A stretch of 64,000 bases of DNA from Trichoplax sp. H2 (Eukaryota). Of this stretch, positions 36,549 to 50,690 are shown piece after piece. The notes under the pieces were generated by a model. It was not told where the DNA came from. It did no database searches and saw nothing but the letters and a program-made list of their open reading frames with translations. The stretch spans positions 310,001-374,000 of the forward strand of contig NOWV01000018.1 in assembly GCA_003344405.1 (NCBI GenBank), read 5' to 3'. How positions within the stretch are numbered: the stretch's first letter is position 1; each line of letters begins with the position of its first letter. Position numbers and translations under genes: made by a program.

Positions 36549-39500
36549 TTATTTATATAATACAATAGATCGATCAATAATAAACTCCGCAATTTGTCTC
36601 CAGAATCTATTTATCATAAGCAATAAACGGGATTGAAACGAGTCATTAATTTTTTTCAGAGGTATCCAGAATAAGCTGCATAATCATACATTTAAAAAGA
36701 TAAATAGATAAAATTAGTTATGTATTGCCCATATTAATTTATGTTGCTTCTTACAGTACTGATATATTTAACCCAGTCTTGTAGATACGTATGTTGTGAC
36801 TTTAATGTTGTAACAGATACATTATCAAATACAAAATATTGGCAATGATGGTACGCATTACTGATTGTGGCTCTGATAATGATGAATGGTAGATAGCATC
36901 ACAAATTTTTATTAAATTGCAATATCAATAAAATTAAAGCTTATAAATAATAAATTACTATCATAGTACTGGTAGTTTAAGAACATCAATGTGCCTAGTT
37001 AAAAAATTTCAACTCTTTTTGTGGTATTTGTTTTCCATGGGGTGCAATAGATGAATAAGTTCCATTGCTAAAGGTGCAACAGACCACCACGGACCATGTC
37101 TTCTCATCATTTCAAGCTTTAATAGTACTAAAACAAAGAAATTGAGCAATTTTTCAGTGATTAGCTTGAATTTTATTGACTGTAATAAGAATATCAAAAT
37201 AACAATTGTTTACATTTTATAAATATAATTTTCTATTTTGTAATCTAGATTACATAATTTTCTATTTTGTGATCTAGATTATATAATTTTCTTAAATTTT
37301 TCAGATACAGTATATATATCATACTTTCACTTTTGTTATTTTCCAAAATTTTTGGCAATTGCTGTAATAGTGAGTATAAAAAGGATAAGATTTCAAATTA
37401 GCCGTTTCTATGAAGCTAATACTGTTCCGGGTATAAGACTACAGCGAGATCGTATGTATTACATATTTGTTATTTAGTAACGAAAGAATAGTACCTTGCT
37501 CTTCTTGACAATTTCTGCCATTCCTTCTATTATTTTTCTCACAATCTAGAATTTAGATAAATAAAAGAAAATTTGTGCACTATACTTTCCCAAGTAACTC
37601 TCTAAGCTATTATTGATAACATTAGTATTAGAAAATTTGTAAAGAATAGCTTCTTATTTATTAATCATCAATAATTAAGGGTAAGCTATACTGCCATAAG
37701 TGAGAATTATACCGCACGGTCTTCACTTTTCATCAGTGTATCGTGCAAATATTGTATGATGTATTGATTTATTACTAATTGTTCCATCTATAGAATAAAA
37801 GATATCCTATCGTTAGGGCGAATCCTTGATGTAGAAGTTCAAGTATAGAGTATCAATAAATTTGATACATAATTTTGAAAATGATACCTGCTCAGTAGTT
37901 GCTAATCTTGCTATATCAGTCAGAGCTCTTATTGTCAGTACGGTTGGCAAGTCCGAAATCTAGAAAAATATTAAAGAATTATCATCTTGCAGTTGCAAGC
38001 ACATAGATTATGAAAAAATTGATGGAGTAAATGTGTAAGTCTGTACTACGGTATTTATAGTATAGACAAACCTTGCGAGTTGCCGTGAAGATAATGGAGA
38101 ATAGATCGTGATCGATTATACCCTTCATTTAGTTGTAAAGCGCGATAATTAGACGATAGAGTAAAAGTTAATTGCTATGCGCATGATATTGATATACCTG
38201 TAATAACATGCTATCCGAACTAGCCAGGCCATATAAAAATTGTAAAGCACTCTGTCAATTCAAATGCATAAATTCGTATAAAAAATGAGTACAATAATTC
38301 TAGTCAGCAAATATTCTTAATATTGTATAAGTTGCTATTTCTGACATGAAATTCGTTGCGAGTATCTAGAAGTGTTATTTTCAGTACAGGAATCACTTTC
38401 AGTCCTATTAATATCTGGTAAAAACAAAAACGTAAATTAATATTTTACTACGTAGAAATAATTCGAGTTGCATATTTAAATTTTTAATACACTAATACCT
38501 TAACATCATGACGATCATCAAATCCGTGAACTAGCAGCACATGTAATATTTCTAGTGCATCTTTCTAGAGTTTAAAAATTTTTCAATTTTCAAAATATTT
38601 TGAGCATTATGATTTGATATTTGATAGTAATACCGAATTAAACAATTTTTAATTCTTACACATAAACGCGGTGATTGACTTGCTAAAATCTCGTAAATAC
38701 GAACGACAGGTATTTTCTTAAGTGCTGCCTATTGCGTGCAAATAAAATTGCATATAATCACACAAAAAGATAGCAAAGACTCAATTAACGTGTTGTTATT
38801 TGGCTGCATGATCAGTATTAGTCTATATCGAAATCATGACATAGTATACTAAACTTTCAATACAACACATTTTCATTCATTATAAATACTGTAAGTAATA
38901 GGATGGATATCTAACCATAACTTCTTCATTGGAATGTTGTGATAAATTTGCAATGGATGATGATAAAATTTGATTTTTTTCAGTAAGTAGAGAGTGTAAA
39001 ATCTTCGTAACTTCAATACATATCTATGGATGAAGAAATTTTATATTACTGTAATTACTAACCCTAAATTAACTGTAACAGATATGATTTGGATGATGCT
39101 ACCATACATCGATATCGTTTGACTTTAAGAAATCGGACAGAATTGGAATTAACTATAATCGAATGATATGATAATAAGAAAATTAACTTCTAAACTAAAT
39201 GTCAATTCAATATCTCAATTCGGGATCCACATACGTTGATACTATTGTCTCGCAATGCGACGTAATATTCTCGATCGTCTATATGTACCCCAGGAATGAA
39301 AGTTAAGGGTTTGTTCATACACTGTTTTATGGTACGAGCTACACATTGAAGAAATTGCACCTACAATTGATTTATAACAGGAACTGTAATAATTTATAAG
39401 TATATTATTACATCTATATAGTCAATGATTGCTAAATTTTACCGATTTACCATTATGGATAACAGAAATTGATTTATGGATTATTTCGTAACGTAAGAAC

Positions 39501-40772
39501 AATATCTCGACTAAAAATAAAGATCATACGCAAAAATTTTTACTTACACCGTAATTTTGTTTTCTTAAATATTATATACAATATCATAGTGCCATACATA
39601 CTTGCATACTCTGCGATAATTTGTAGCGACTTTAGCGCTAAGTCTTCGTACGGTGAAGAGATTAATTCAATTAAGAGGGATATATCAGCTATTAGAATGA
39701 CATCAAATATGGTATGAAATTAGGATTTCTTAAATTTCTACTGATTGCATTCCTTAAAGCACCAAAAAATAATAGTATTACCGATTGATAACGTATTTGG
39801 TGTAGGAAGAATTCCTTTCAGTCTCGTAAGTGAGAGTATCATTTTAAGCGATTCTAGTCGTATTTCATAGCTACGTAGAAATTGTTATCAATCACGATTT
39901 TCTTACATTAATATAACATTGCAGAGTATAATATTATAATCATTTTATTTCAAGTAATCGATTTTTGAACTTACTCATCATGACAACGTAAATTCTTAAA
40001 AGTATTAAAGATGAATTCATCACTATGAAGGGAATTTTTAAGCGGTCTTAGAATATAAGCATAATAACCTATGATGATAGAGATACATACTTTCAACTTC
40101 ACAACTTACTAGTCAACTTGAGAAATTGTCTCTGTTTCATGTGTTCTGTTTAATCCATAGTTGATGGGCATCATGATTACATTAGAAATAGTAGAGTTAT
40201 GTTTGTAGTTGACTTAGTTTTATGGTAAAATTTTAAATTATCGGTAGTTTAATTTCGTTATTAATATCATTTATAAGTCTGGCTATCTTACGTATGTAGC
40301 ATTTAAATCATATTAATATTCATTGTAATACTTTGAATACAGCATAGTAGTATCAAACTATGACAAGCTTTATTAATCAAGCTTACGATATTTCGTATTC
40401 TTTTTGAACTGTACGATTATTTACAAAATTAAGTAGAGTAATCGGTAATGAATTAATTGAGATGATAATAGTAATAGGTATTTAGCTTGTTCTTAGTAAA
40501 TACTGTACATTATTAGGCCAACATGATGAAATAATATTGTTAAGTAATAAATTATTTAGATATATTACCGTGGACTGGAAGATAGCGAGATAGGTTGTAG
40601 AATCTACCAGAATATGAAATATAATAACCATAGTAAGTAGAACTCGGTTGAAAGCATTCGTGAATACATATAAATATTGACTATGCTGTGAGATAGAAAA
40701 TGATAATAAATTAGAGTCAGTTTACCTTGTCTGCATTCGACGTTGGTTCGTATAAATTTTTAATCTTTTCAT
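36549..40772 (-). CDS. Importin-alpha-like ARM-repeat gene copy B, mostly open
   Basis: First exon ATG 40772 MKRLKIYTNQRRMQTR (cf. IBB start RLKSYKNK..EMRRRR). Exons DISLLIELISSPYEDLALKSLQII, LIPILSDFLKSNDIDV, ILIGLKVIPVLKITLL, SALQFLYGLASSDSMLLQ, GIIDHDLFSII (cf. AVIDANIFPVLI), IRALTDIARLATTEQ|MEQLV (cf. AITNATSGGTPEQ|IRYLV). The 3' exons (<37.6 kb), the stop and the exons at 40.2-40.4 kb are tentative. Confidence 0.65.
37224..37292. repeat. 29-bp tandem repeat, ~2.3 copies
   Basis: ATAATTTTCTATTTTGT(A/G)ATCTAGATTA(C/T) repeated. Confidence 0.8.
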
Positions 40773-43700
40773 AAAGACAAATTGATTTATGGGTTGTTAA
40801 ATGATAAGGTTATTTTATACAAGAAATGAAATAGATACTACTAGAATGAGCAGTTAATATACTAATTAATTAGCAGAGATAGATTATTTTTATAGGTAAC
40901 TATATGATCATATATCGACAGCATTACAATTTAGGTCTCGTGTTGCACTGATCGAACTACATATTATTTACTGTACATGAGGAGCAGCAGTGCTAGTAAG
41001 TAGAAGAACAGTTTACTCCATCACGTATGCAAAATCGTAAAGGAAGAGTATACGAGGGCTTTAGTTTCTGTAGAATAATTGATGAACTTATATACTTTCT
41101 GGTCTATATAGCCATAGTTGCAACTTGCAACACAGAATCTATTTACGAGTGATTTAGATGGAGGCTGTAAATTATTATAAATATAGAAAAATAGCAAAAC
41201 GAAGAGTTCAGTCTCTACTCACTAATGATTAGATTGATAGACGTGTACGTAAATAAATGTTGATCAACTTTCTACTTACTGATTTTGTATAGTGGAGATA
41301 CAAACTAGGCAAGTATGATAGATACATGTATGCGATGCAGTTACTTAGTCTAATATTAATTCCAGGAGTGTAGTTTACTATTTATATTTTCCAGTTTCAT
41401 AGGCAAGGAGTTATCGTTTTTCCTTGCCTATCTACTGTCCATTGACCCTGATTGGGATTAGATTGAACGTAACCAATGAAGCTTTATAAATCAGTTATTG
41501 TTTTATCTAATATACTTAAAGAAGATGGTAATCTTTAATGCCTTTTTTTCCGATTTTATATACTACATTCATATGGTACATCTAATAGTCGGATCGTATT
41601 CTCCTATTATACCGATAAAGAAGTGAATTAAAGCTAAGTAATCATTTTCATTATGTTTGTTATGATGTATAGAAGACAAGAAATGAGAAAAAGGTAATCA
41701 ATGTTGAAGTTATTGTAGTAAAAAATATGAAATAACGTAGGAAGACCGCCATTGCTTACTAGGCTAAATAATCTTCAATATTAAAGGGTAGCAAACAGTG
41801 CAATGATAATGTGATCGATTTTATCGCTTTCTGCGTATGATGAAAATTTCAAAATCTGCATGAAATACTATAATCGAGTATCATAGCTATCACTATAAGT
41901 ATAGGCTGATAATTTTAGAAAGAGGTCTATTTATATTAATAAACACGGAGATCAGAAACATCAAAGTCGTATATCCAAATTAAACAGGTAATCTCTATGA
42001 TTCGTACTAACAGCTAGCAAGGAATCGTTGACGTAGTAGACATCTTCCTTTTTCAAATCATCAACCGCCATAACTATTTATTGCTCTTCCATAATTATTT
42101 ACTATATCTATGAAACAATTTCAGGTGTATTCTGGCTTCTTAGCAAAGTTTCTCCACTATTTGCGCTTACTACTGTGTGCTATAAGTAGATTGGGAAAGA
42201 CGAAGTTTCGATAGCTTTCTTATACTGTTGTACTTAAAACTATTATATTGCATTGTCATATACATGCTGATAGTAGTTGGAGCAAGCGCATTTAAGATGA
42301 ACTTTTAAATATGTAATTAATTAATTAATTATATATGTATGTATGAGTCTCGCTGTCGTAGATTTACTATAGCTATGGTCTTTATTTGTTTATGTTTGCA
42401 ATAAAGTATATATTGACCATTATTATCCGTATATGCAGTAGAGCATGATCTATAGAACTGTAAAATGGCAAAGTACCGTATAGTATTTTCGGCTTGGGCA
42501 TTTACAAAATCATTGATTATCTAAACGATCCGTATCTATATAGCCTATTGTTACAGCTAATATGAGAAAGTAAATAATACCGAAATTATCCGGATAGCAA
42601 AGATATTAAATGCCAATTCGTATGTTAATCAATATTGTCTAATGTCCATGTATGCAGTAGTGCATATTATGTAGTAGTAAAATGACGAAGTACAGGACAG
42701 TGTTTTGCATTTTTTAATGATCAAATTATTATAATTATTTATTGTCTAGTGATCCATATTATGTATACAGCATACACATTGACTATGTAAGTATAAGTGC
42801 ATGTTCTATAGTAGTAGAATGGCAGAGCACAATACAATATTTTCCTCAAACATTGTGCAAAATGATCGATTATCTGATGATTCATATCCTTCACATATTG
42901 ACCATAGAGGCATAAATGCATGTTAGTGCTAAAACGATACAGTACAAGAGATCAGTCATTTTGCAAAATGCCTAAATCATTTAGGCACCCAATATAGTTT
43001 CTAGATGTAAATTAATTTATTTGGAAATATTTAATAAATAATGCAAATATTCTTCCGGTTAAAACCTTTTAGATGTCGAAAAATGCTCTGAGTAGCCCAG
43101 CCGTTATTCGCCATATCTTTCTTCCTCCTGGATAAGCTTATGTAACGGCGTCAAAAGTCTCCAACTCTTAAGACTGATGCGCTGCTTGTGTCTATAGTCT
43201 TCTAGCTCCTGCGTTAATGCAATATACCCAGGGGTTGGTGTCTCCCTCTCTAGTCCTAAACTCTTGTTCGGCAATTCTACTTTTAACATTAGTACTATAA
43301 TCTAATAATTTGCTCATTAGTTATTAACCTGTAATAATGGCCTAGTTGAAGGGACTATTAAACTGTAGATTGTCTAGTAAAAATGACAGAATGCCAGGCG
43401 CTCCTAAATTATTTATTTGCAGCATGTATAGTAGTCGAAGAGAGTTTCTCTAGTATTAGCAGAATTGAACATTGAACACTAGTTATAGCCATTACTTGCT
43501 AATTTTGTTGAATAATATAAGGTACGGTAGTTACCGGTATTGTATAGTACAGTAATACTGCTTAGATTGGAAATTAGAGATGGTTAAGATATCCTTTTTG
43601 GTTTTATTTTCAAGCTAGAAGTCTGGCAGAAGTGATGCAATGCTGCTACATACACAGTAGATAAATGTATTACATAACCTACAAATGGGTAAATGGCCTT

Positions 43701-46534
43701 AAAATTCTTTATTTATTGTGATACTGATAGCCTAACAGAAATATAGTAATGTAATAGCTGATGGTTGCTATTTCTTTATATTATACGATATAGCTTAGTG
43801 ACAGTGGTACAGCAGATAATCTATAACACCAGAATGGCTTGTGTTGATTTGCAGTATTTTGAAGCAGATAATTAAGTAAGCAGTAATGACTAGGTATTAC
43901 TAAATGTATGTAAATTGCAGCAAGTTTACTCCAGTATTACAGTAGTTATCGTCATTATTGGTTTATGGCATACAAAATATAGTTGTAAGCACACTGGCAT
44001 GGTGCATAATCTACAAATAGTAGAGGTGACTAAATCATCCTTCGTGATTTATTTGAAGCTTATAATCAAGTGCCAATGCCTGCATACTATTACAGATAGC
44101 GTGATTAGAGTGGAGTTACTCTACCAACACTGCAACACATGCTATTACTTATTACACTCTGTTAGTTAGGTTAAGCATAATTGTGGCATATTACTAGACA
44201 GTTAGGACGTGTATCTGCAGCGCCTTTCATATTACTGTTACATGCTTTGCATTGGTTCCATTAATTTTATATTTGTTGAGTTGAACTAGTAAGCTACAAG
44301 CTTCCAATTATTACAAGTTTCTATTTAATATTCATGCAACAAACTTACTATTATTACAGGTTTCATAGTAATAATCGTGGTTAATTACTTAGAGAATGCT
44401 GCAAAGATTTACAGTATTCAAGACTTGGGCTTGTACTTACATCATGCTATATAAGTACATAACTTTATACCCGTGTTATGAGATTATTCAATTCTATATT
44501 TCACAACCCTATTGTTAATTATTTATACATTGTAAGTGTAAATGGTGTACGTTTATTAGCTGCAGCTTTAAACCAATAAAAAGAGAAGAAGAGTAAGTAG
44601 CTAGTTTTATATAAATTTTAACTACATGTATGATTTGCGGTCTCCTAGGCTATTCGAGAGTAGTACAAACGTTCAATACGATTGATAGTATTAACTCTAG
44701 ATGGTGGCACACAACGTATACTTGTAGTGGTCGTTAAACAATACCATCATACTAGATTTTTGACGACTAGTTTCAAAGTATTCATACGTTAGACTTGAAC
44801 TTTAAAATTATGAAAATCAAGATAAGCCGAGTTTCAAAAACTCATATTATATCACCTAATTATTTTTATGTGCTATTAAAAAACAGGGAAAATCATTCCT
44901 GAAGTACTATTTCTAAATTCTACAGTTACTACATCAAGCTTGTTACTGTTTATTTCTAAAACTCATTGATACAATTAATATGCTGAACCCAGTCTAGATA
45001 CTGCAATCCTAGCTGAAAGCTAGTCAGTAATACAATTTCAACTTTTCAGACTATGTAAAAACCTTTGCACTACTCTTACGATGATGAGATGATGCAGTAC
45101 AGTAGCACTTTGCAACATGATAGTATCATTGCCCAGCATGTATTCGTTTATTGAAACAAAACTAGCTTTGCTACTACAGCTGCAGTAATTGATGGACTTT
45201 GATATTAAATAACTCTTCATTTTAAAAAACTGCGTTTATTCTAATAACGAGGTTTGCAAACGACTTTGCATCATTAAAATCGTAATTTCTTCATAGTTAA
45301 TTGTGAATGAAGCGTATAAAAAAAGTCAAAGCATAAGGTGTACTTTGCTTTAGTTAGTAAGAATTTGTTAATCTGATTCCAATCAGAGTCAGTAGCAAGC
45401 AGATGGTGTTATTATATCAATAATATACAGGATTCACACACTCCAGTAGCGTTCTACACATTAGCAATAGTTTCTAGTATAGACTATGTACAATACGCGT
45501 ACTAGTGTCGCTAAATTATACCATATATTACTATTAGGCTAAATCTTAATAAAAATAAGACGAAGATTTAAACATTGCAACTATTATAGATTGTGTGCTA
45601 TACTAGTATCAATAAACGATAATATGGAAGGGCGTTTGAAAATATAATCAGCAACCAAGTAGTAAACTCTTGAAATAATAACTAGCCATACTCGTCGTAA
45701 ACTACACACAGTACAACTTAGCTTAATTTTGTTATAATGTAAAAACTGGCAAACACAGTTAATTCCAACCAATTAATAACTAAAGTTATATATCGTTTGG
45801 TTTAATAGAGGTAGTACTGTCCAGAGTGTATAGAATTAATTCAAGACTGTATATTCTAGTAAGAAAGGCTTAAATGTAAGTAGTTCAATACTTACGTATG
45901 CCAATTACTGATAACTGCATATATATTTGGATGCCAAGCATCAATCAATATTGCTGCACGATAAATAGAATGTGTATCGATTAAGATAAACATGGCAATT
46001 TGCTGTTTATTCAAGATTGATTACAACGATTCCTTTTAGTATACAATTTACCCGCTGAAGACTTTACAATAGGTTCATTTTGAGTATTGGTATTGGCGCC
46101 TCGCTACAAGTTTGACCAATTTAGTTTACCGATTTATTACTTTTTATATAACGCATATTATTACTTATCTTTAATGAGAAGCCATTAAGATTATAACTGT
46201 ATAAAATGTATAATTAGATGTGTAAATATTGGTATATATTAAGCATCGGTCAGCCCAGTACTTAAATATATTAACCCTGAAATGTACGTATCAATTATGT
46301 TAGTAATCATCTACAAAAGGCGGCAAAGGCCCTTCAATGTTAATAACACCGTGTTCTAAAGATTGAGCAATTTTTTCCTCCCGATTTAAGTATATCGCAT
46401 CAAGTTTGTTCAATACTAAAGTGAAAGCAATGAGAGAATTTTATATCACTGGGATTTAATTGATTATAAAAGAAAATTGCAATCTTCCGTTAGTATATTT
46501 ATTCAATAAATACATATAAATAACTAATATAACC

Positions 46535-49500
46535 TACGTGTAATCATATTTTCTTTCCACAGTACTGGCATTTGCTGTGGCCAAAATTATAAAGATGATG
46601 AAGTAAAGCATATTTACAGAATTTAACATTAGAACATATAATACGTGTATACATAATGCAATGGTAAAACAGTACTTGCAGATTTTTGAAATTTTTCAAC
46701 TGTCAAATAACATTACCTGGCATTCACGGAAGATCAATTCCGTAGATTCTCTTGCTGGCTCCAGAATCTTTAGTTTGGATGAATGTAATAGGGTTATATA
46801 ACGTTATTTATCGACTGATATGCTAGGTTAACGCATATAGCAAAGTGGTCAAAATTGTAAGATAAATTTCATGATAATTATGATGAGAGAAATGTCAACG
46901 GCGGCTTAAATTCTCACAGGTACGTTCCTACTAAATATGCTTAGTGGAAATTCATACTACTTTAGGTGAAATTATTCAGTTTATGCATGTAGCGTTACAG
47001 ATACTTTATTTTCATATTTAAGATTTGTTTCAATACGGTAGCCTCATACTAATTGAGATTAAAGAAAGTTCTGCAGTGACCTAGATGACAATTATTTAGG
47101 CCAAAAATAATTTACTGGATGCAATTCATACTTGCATCTCATAATCAATAATTATTTAGAATGTATTAGTTTAGATACTTAACTACTAAAATGAGATTTT
47201 TTACTCTTGTATCAAAACTTGTATAAATAGTTTTCTAATAACTGTAATTGATGGAAAATCTATCATAACTAATCATTTAAATCGTACCTATCTGATCAAT
47301 GATATTTTATGTCTACATCAAAAACTTGCATAAATGTGGTAGATTTATTGTAACTATAATCGACAGAAAAACTACTTTGCCAGTGTGATAATTAGTTAGT
47401 CAATACCTCGTCATCTTTAGATATTTCATACTTCATTAGCATACTATAGAGATATTGTGGTATATATTGATTTTCAATTAATTGTTCAATCTATAAAAGC
47501 AGTAACATTATTTTATTATAATAGTTGTAAAAAGTAAAGTACGAGTATATAAAAGTACACCATCGTAAATTATTTTATAATCGCACCTGATTTTTGGTTG
47601 CATTCCTTAATGTAGCCACAAGGGCTTCTACAATCTGGCAGTCATATGGACTTAAAATCTAATTTACCAAAGGAATATATTTATATAGGTTTAGAGATTT
47701 GTGAGCTACGAATAATTGATAGCATTTGAGATTTAATATTGTTGGATATACCAACTTCTTTCATCTTAATAATGGTGGCGAATATATCTTGATCAATGAT
47801 GCCCTTCGTTTATTAATAAATAATTAATAATTATAAATATTATTGAATAGAAACTACTAGTAATAATTTATGAGATAATAGCATACCTGCACTAAAGTAC
47901 TGTCCGTAATAGCCAGTTCCATGAAAAGGTATATGGCATCCTAACCCATTTATACGTAAAATTCCACAGCGAGATAAGTATACATAAATATAATGTAGGG
48001 GCAATTATTTATATATTTTAGTATCATAATGTGTACCTTTACTGAATCACGATAGTTATTGTGATTATTACGAGCATTTAGAAGGATTACTTTCAACGCC
48101 GGAATTACTTTTAATCCTATCAATATCTTGTTGATAAAAAGGAAATTAGGTTATTTTAATTTATTATTAATTAGTATTAATTACGGGTATGTCTTACAAT
48201 TTTATACATTATTACAGTACCTTAGCTTTATGACTTTTCTCATTATTAAATAGCATTAAGTTTACGGCTTGTATTGAAGGTCCCTAAAAATAGCAAGGCT
48301 TGTAAATTACTAAGTTACTAAGTATCTTTCTCAAAAAAGTAATATTAAACAGTTTTAAAATTGACTTTCAATTCTAACACATAAACGAGGCGATTGACTT
48401 GCAATAATTTCATAAGTGTAGAAAACGGGAATAGCATTCATTGCCTCCTATCAATCAAAATGTAATGAGGTTAAAATTTAATTTTAAAGCACGCATTCCT
48501 TTTAATACTGAGTATTATTTTATACTCGAAGTTAGCTTATGGAGAATTAGATTAATGTACGGCGTATGTAACTGTCGCATGTAAATACGATAGATGGTAT
48601 ATATTTAAGATTTGTCTAACCTTAACTTTTGTATCCATGTATCGCGATATAAACAACATAGGTGAGGCTACCATATCACACGATTTGTCGAATAGTATAG
48701 TTATTATTTCTATAATTCCTCTACGAATCTGTCAAGGTATAAATAATTAGCTAATTATAAATTCTATCTAAGTTATTGACTGTAGATATCATTTCGTTTA
48801 AATTCTGTTAGATGCATTCAGTACATCGAAATTGTCTGATTTTAACAGCAAGCATACAATTTGAATCATCTATAAGGAAATAGTAAGAAAAGTTATTCAA
48901 ATTAATTACATTTACGTATTATCTTAAATTAAGAATAAATAAGTTTGCATACGTCAGAAATATCGTGTCGTAATTCTTCATAGTACTCATCAACTTGATA
49001 ATAGAGTACGTTTGAACATGGCATGACCAAGCACCTTATTAAGATACAGACTACTATTTGAAGAAATGGTATCTACACATTATAAAGTATGTACTTCAGT
49101 TTTAACACGAATAGAAAAGATTAAATTTATACGAAGTATAGTAATGGACCCTACCGATTTACCGGCATGGACAATAGGAATTAGTTTCTGAATGATTTTG
49201 CAGTCTATGAATGATATCTTTCCTAGTAGAAAGCATGTAATGATGCTTATTAATATCACGATTTTAACAATCTTGTGCAATCATATTGCTCTATACTGCA
49301 GGATGTGTGCATGTATAATACTTATCATAATGTAATAGTTTTTCTTGCCTGCAAAGGCTGTAATAACCGTTAGAGCAGTTAATGCCAAATCTTCGTAAGG
49401 TGAAGATATTAATTCAATTAATAAGGATTTGTCATCTAGAAGACATATATCAAAGATAGATTAAACAAAATATTTAACAATGTAGCTAAAATTACTTTTT

Positions 49501-50690
49501 TCAAAGTAAATAACATATTCCAAGTATTTCAATACCTGATGTTAATAAAGCTGGGCCATCTAAGTAAATTCCCTTAAATCGAAAAAGCAACCATACCATT
49601 TTAAGCAGTTCTAATCGTAATTCTTCACTAAAATGTATAAAGATGGACGTAAATGTACCTTTATTCAACTTTAAGGCAAGATCAAATTCCGTTACTAGTT
49701 CGACGGAAGAAATTTAAGGTACAAAAAATAAAATTTAACTTACTCTTTATTGCGATATAAATTCTTAAATGTAGCGATGATAAATTTTTCGCTTTCCGAG
49801 AAAACAGAATATTAATTTAGAAATAATCCTTTTACATCACTTTTGATGATATATACTATAATTTCAATATTGGTCTATTCATTAATTCAAACTGCTTACT
49901 AATCATTTCGAGAGATTACCTCTCTTTTATCATTTCTTTTGGGGTCATCGTTTACGTAGTACAGACACCATCATTATATAGGAAGAAATATAATTGAAAC
50001 TTTGCTGATTCAATATTATTATCCTTAAAATGATGCAATGCAATACTGGATAATTTCTATCTATTCCAGATAATATTATATACGTACGTGTACTTACTTA
50101 TTTTCATATATAACAAATAAAATAATCCAAAAAATATTTTTTTTATTTAATATCAAGTGTAATACTAGGAGCATTACACTTAACCATGTGTTAAAGTAGT
50201 GGGTATATTTGATAAAGTAAGAAGAAAGCTTTCTTATTCTTACTGTGTCAAAAACGTAGATTTCGTAAAGTCATAGTAGGATTGCTGTATCAAACTATAG
50301 CAATCTATATTAAATTTAATCTATTATACCATTTATTTTTGTACAGCTATGAGATCTTTTGCGTATACTAAGTTAGAATAGGAAATAAGAACTGATAAAA
50401 AAATATTAAATATTTGATTTACACTTTGTTAGTACATAAGTTAAATGAAATGGTAAAGTTAAATATGTCATAAACTAACAATTTTTGCGATTGCAATATG
50501 TCGACTCGCTCAGAATAAGTTGAGATAGATTGTAGAATCTGTAAGGATATGAAAAAATGATTAATAAAAAAGTTCTTTATTGTAAAACCAGTTTATGGGT
50601 TTTTGTGTAGCCTACATGAAGATAGAAAACATTAAATTATAGTCTACTTACCTTTACTACATGACTTGTTGAATCATATAAATCTTTTAC
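46535..50690 (-). pseudogene. Importin-alpha-like ARM-repeat gene copy C, closest to copy B; possibly pseudogene or N-terminally shortened
   Basis: Exon-for-exon paralog of copy B: DDKSLLIELISSPYEDLALTALTVITAFA (G|GCAAG donor at ~49348), ILIGLKVIPALKVILL, DAIYLFMELAITDSTLVQ, GIIDQDIFATII, EALVATLRNATKNQ|IEQLIENQYI. The first exon (~50652-50690) has stops in the frame homologous to copy B, and the exon at ~46716-46820 has an in-frame TAA. Confidence 0.62.

Noticed and set aside
43060-43289. Somewhat GC-richer 61-aa ORF (MLKVELPNKSLGLERETPTPG..)
   Set aside because: Could be a relic exon, but I can assign no family and found no partner exons.
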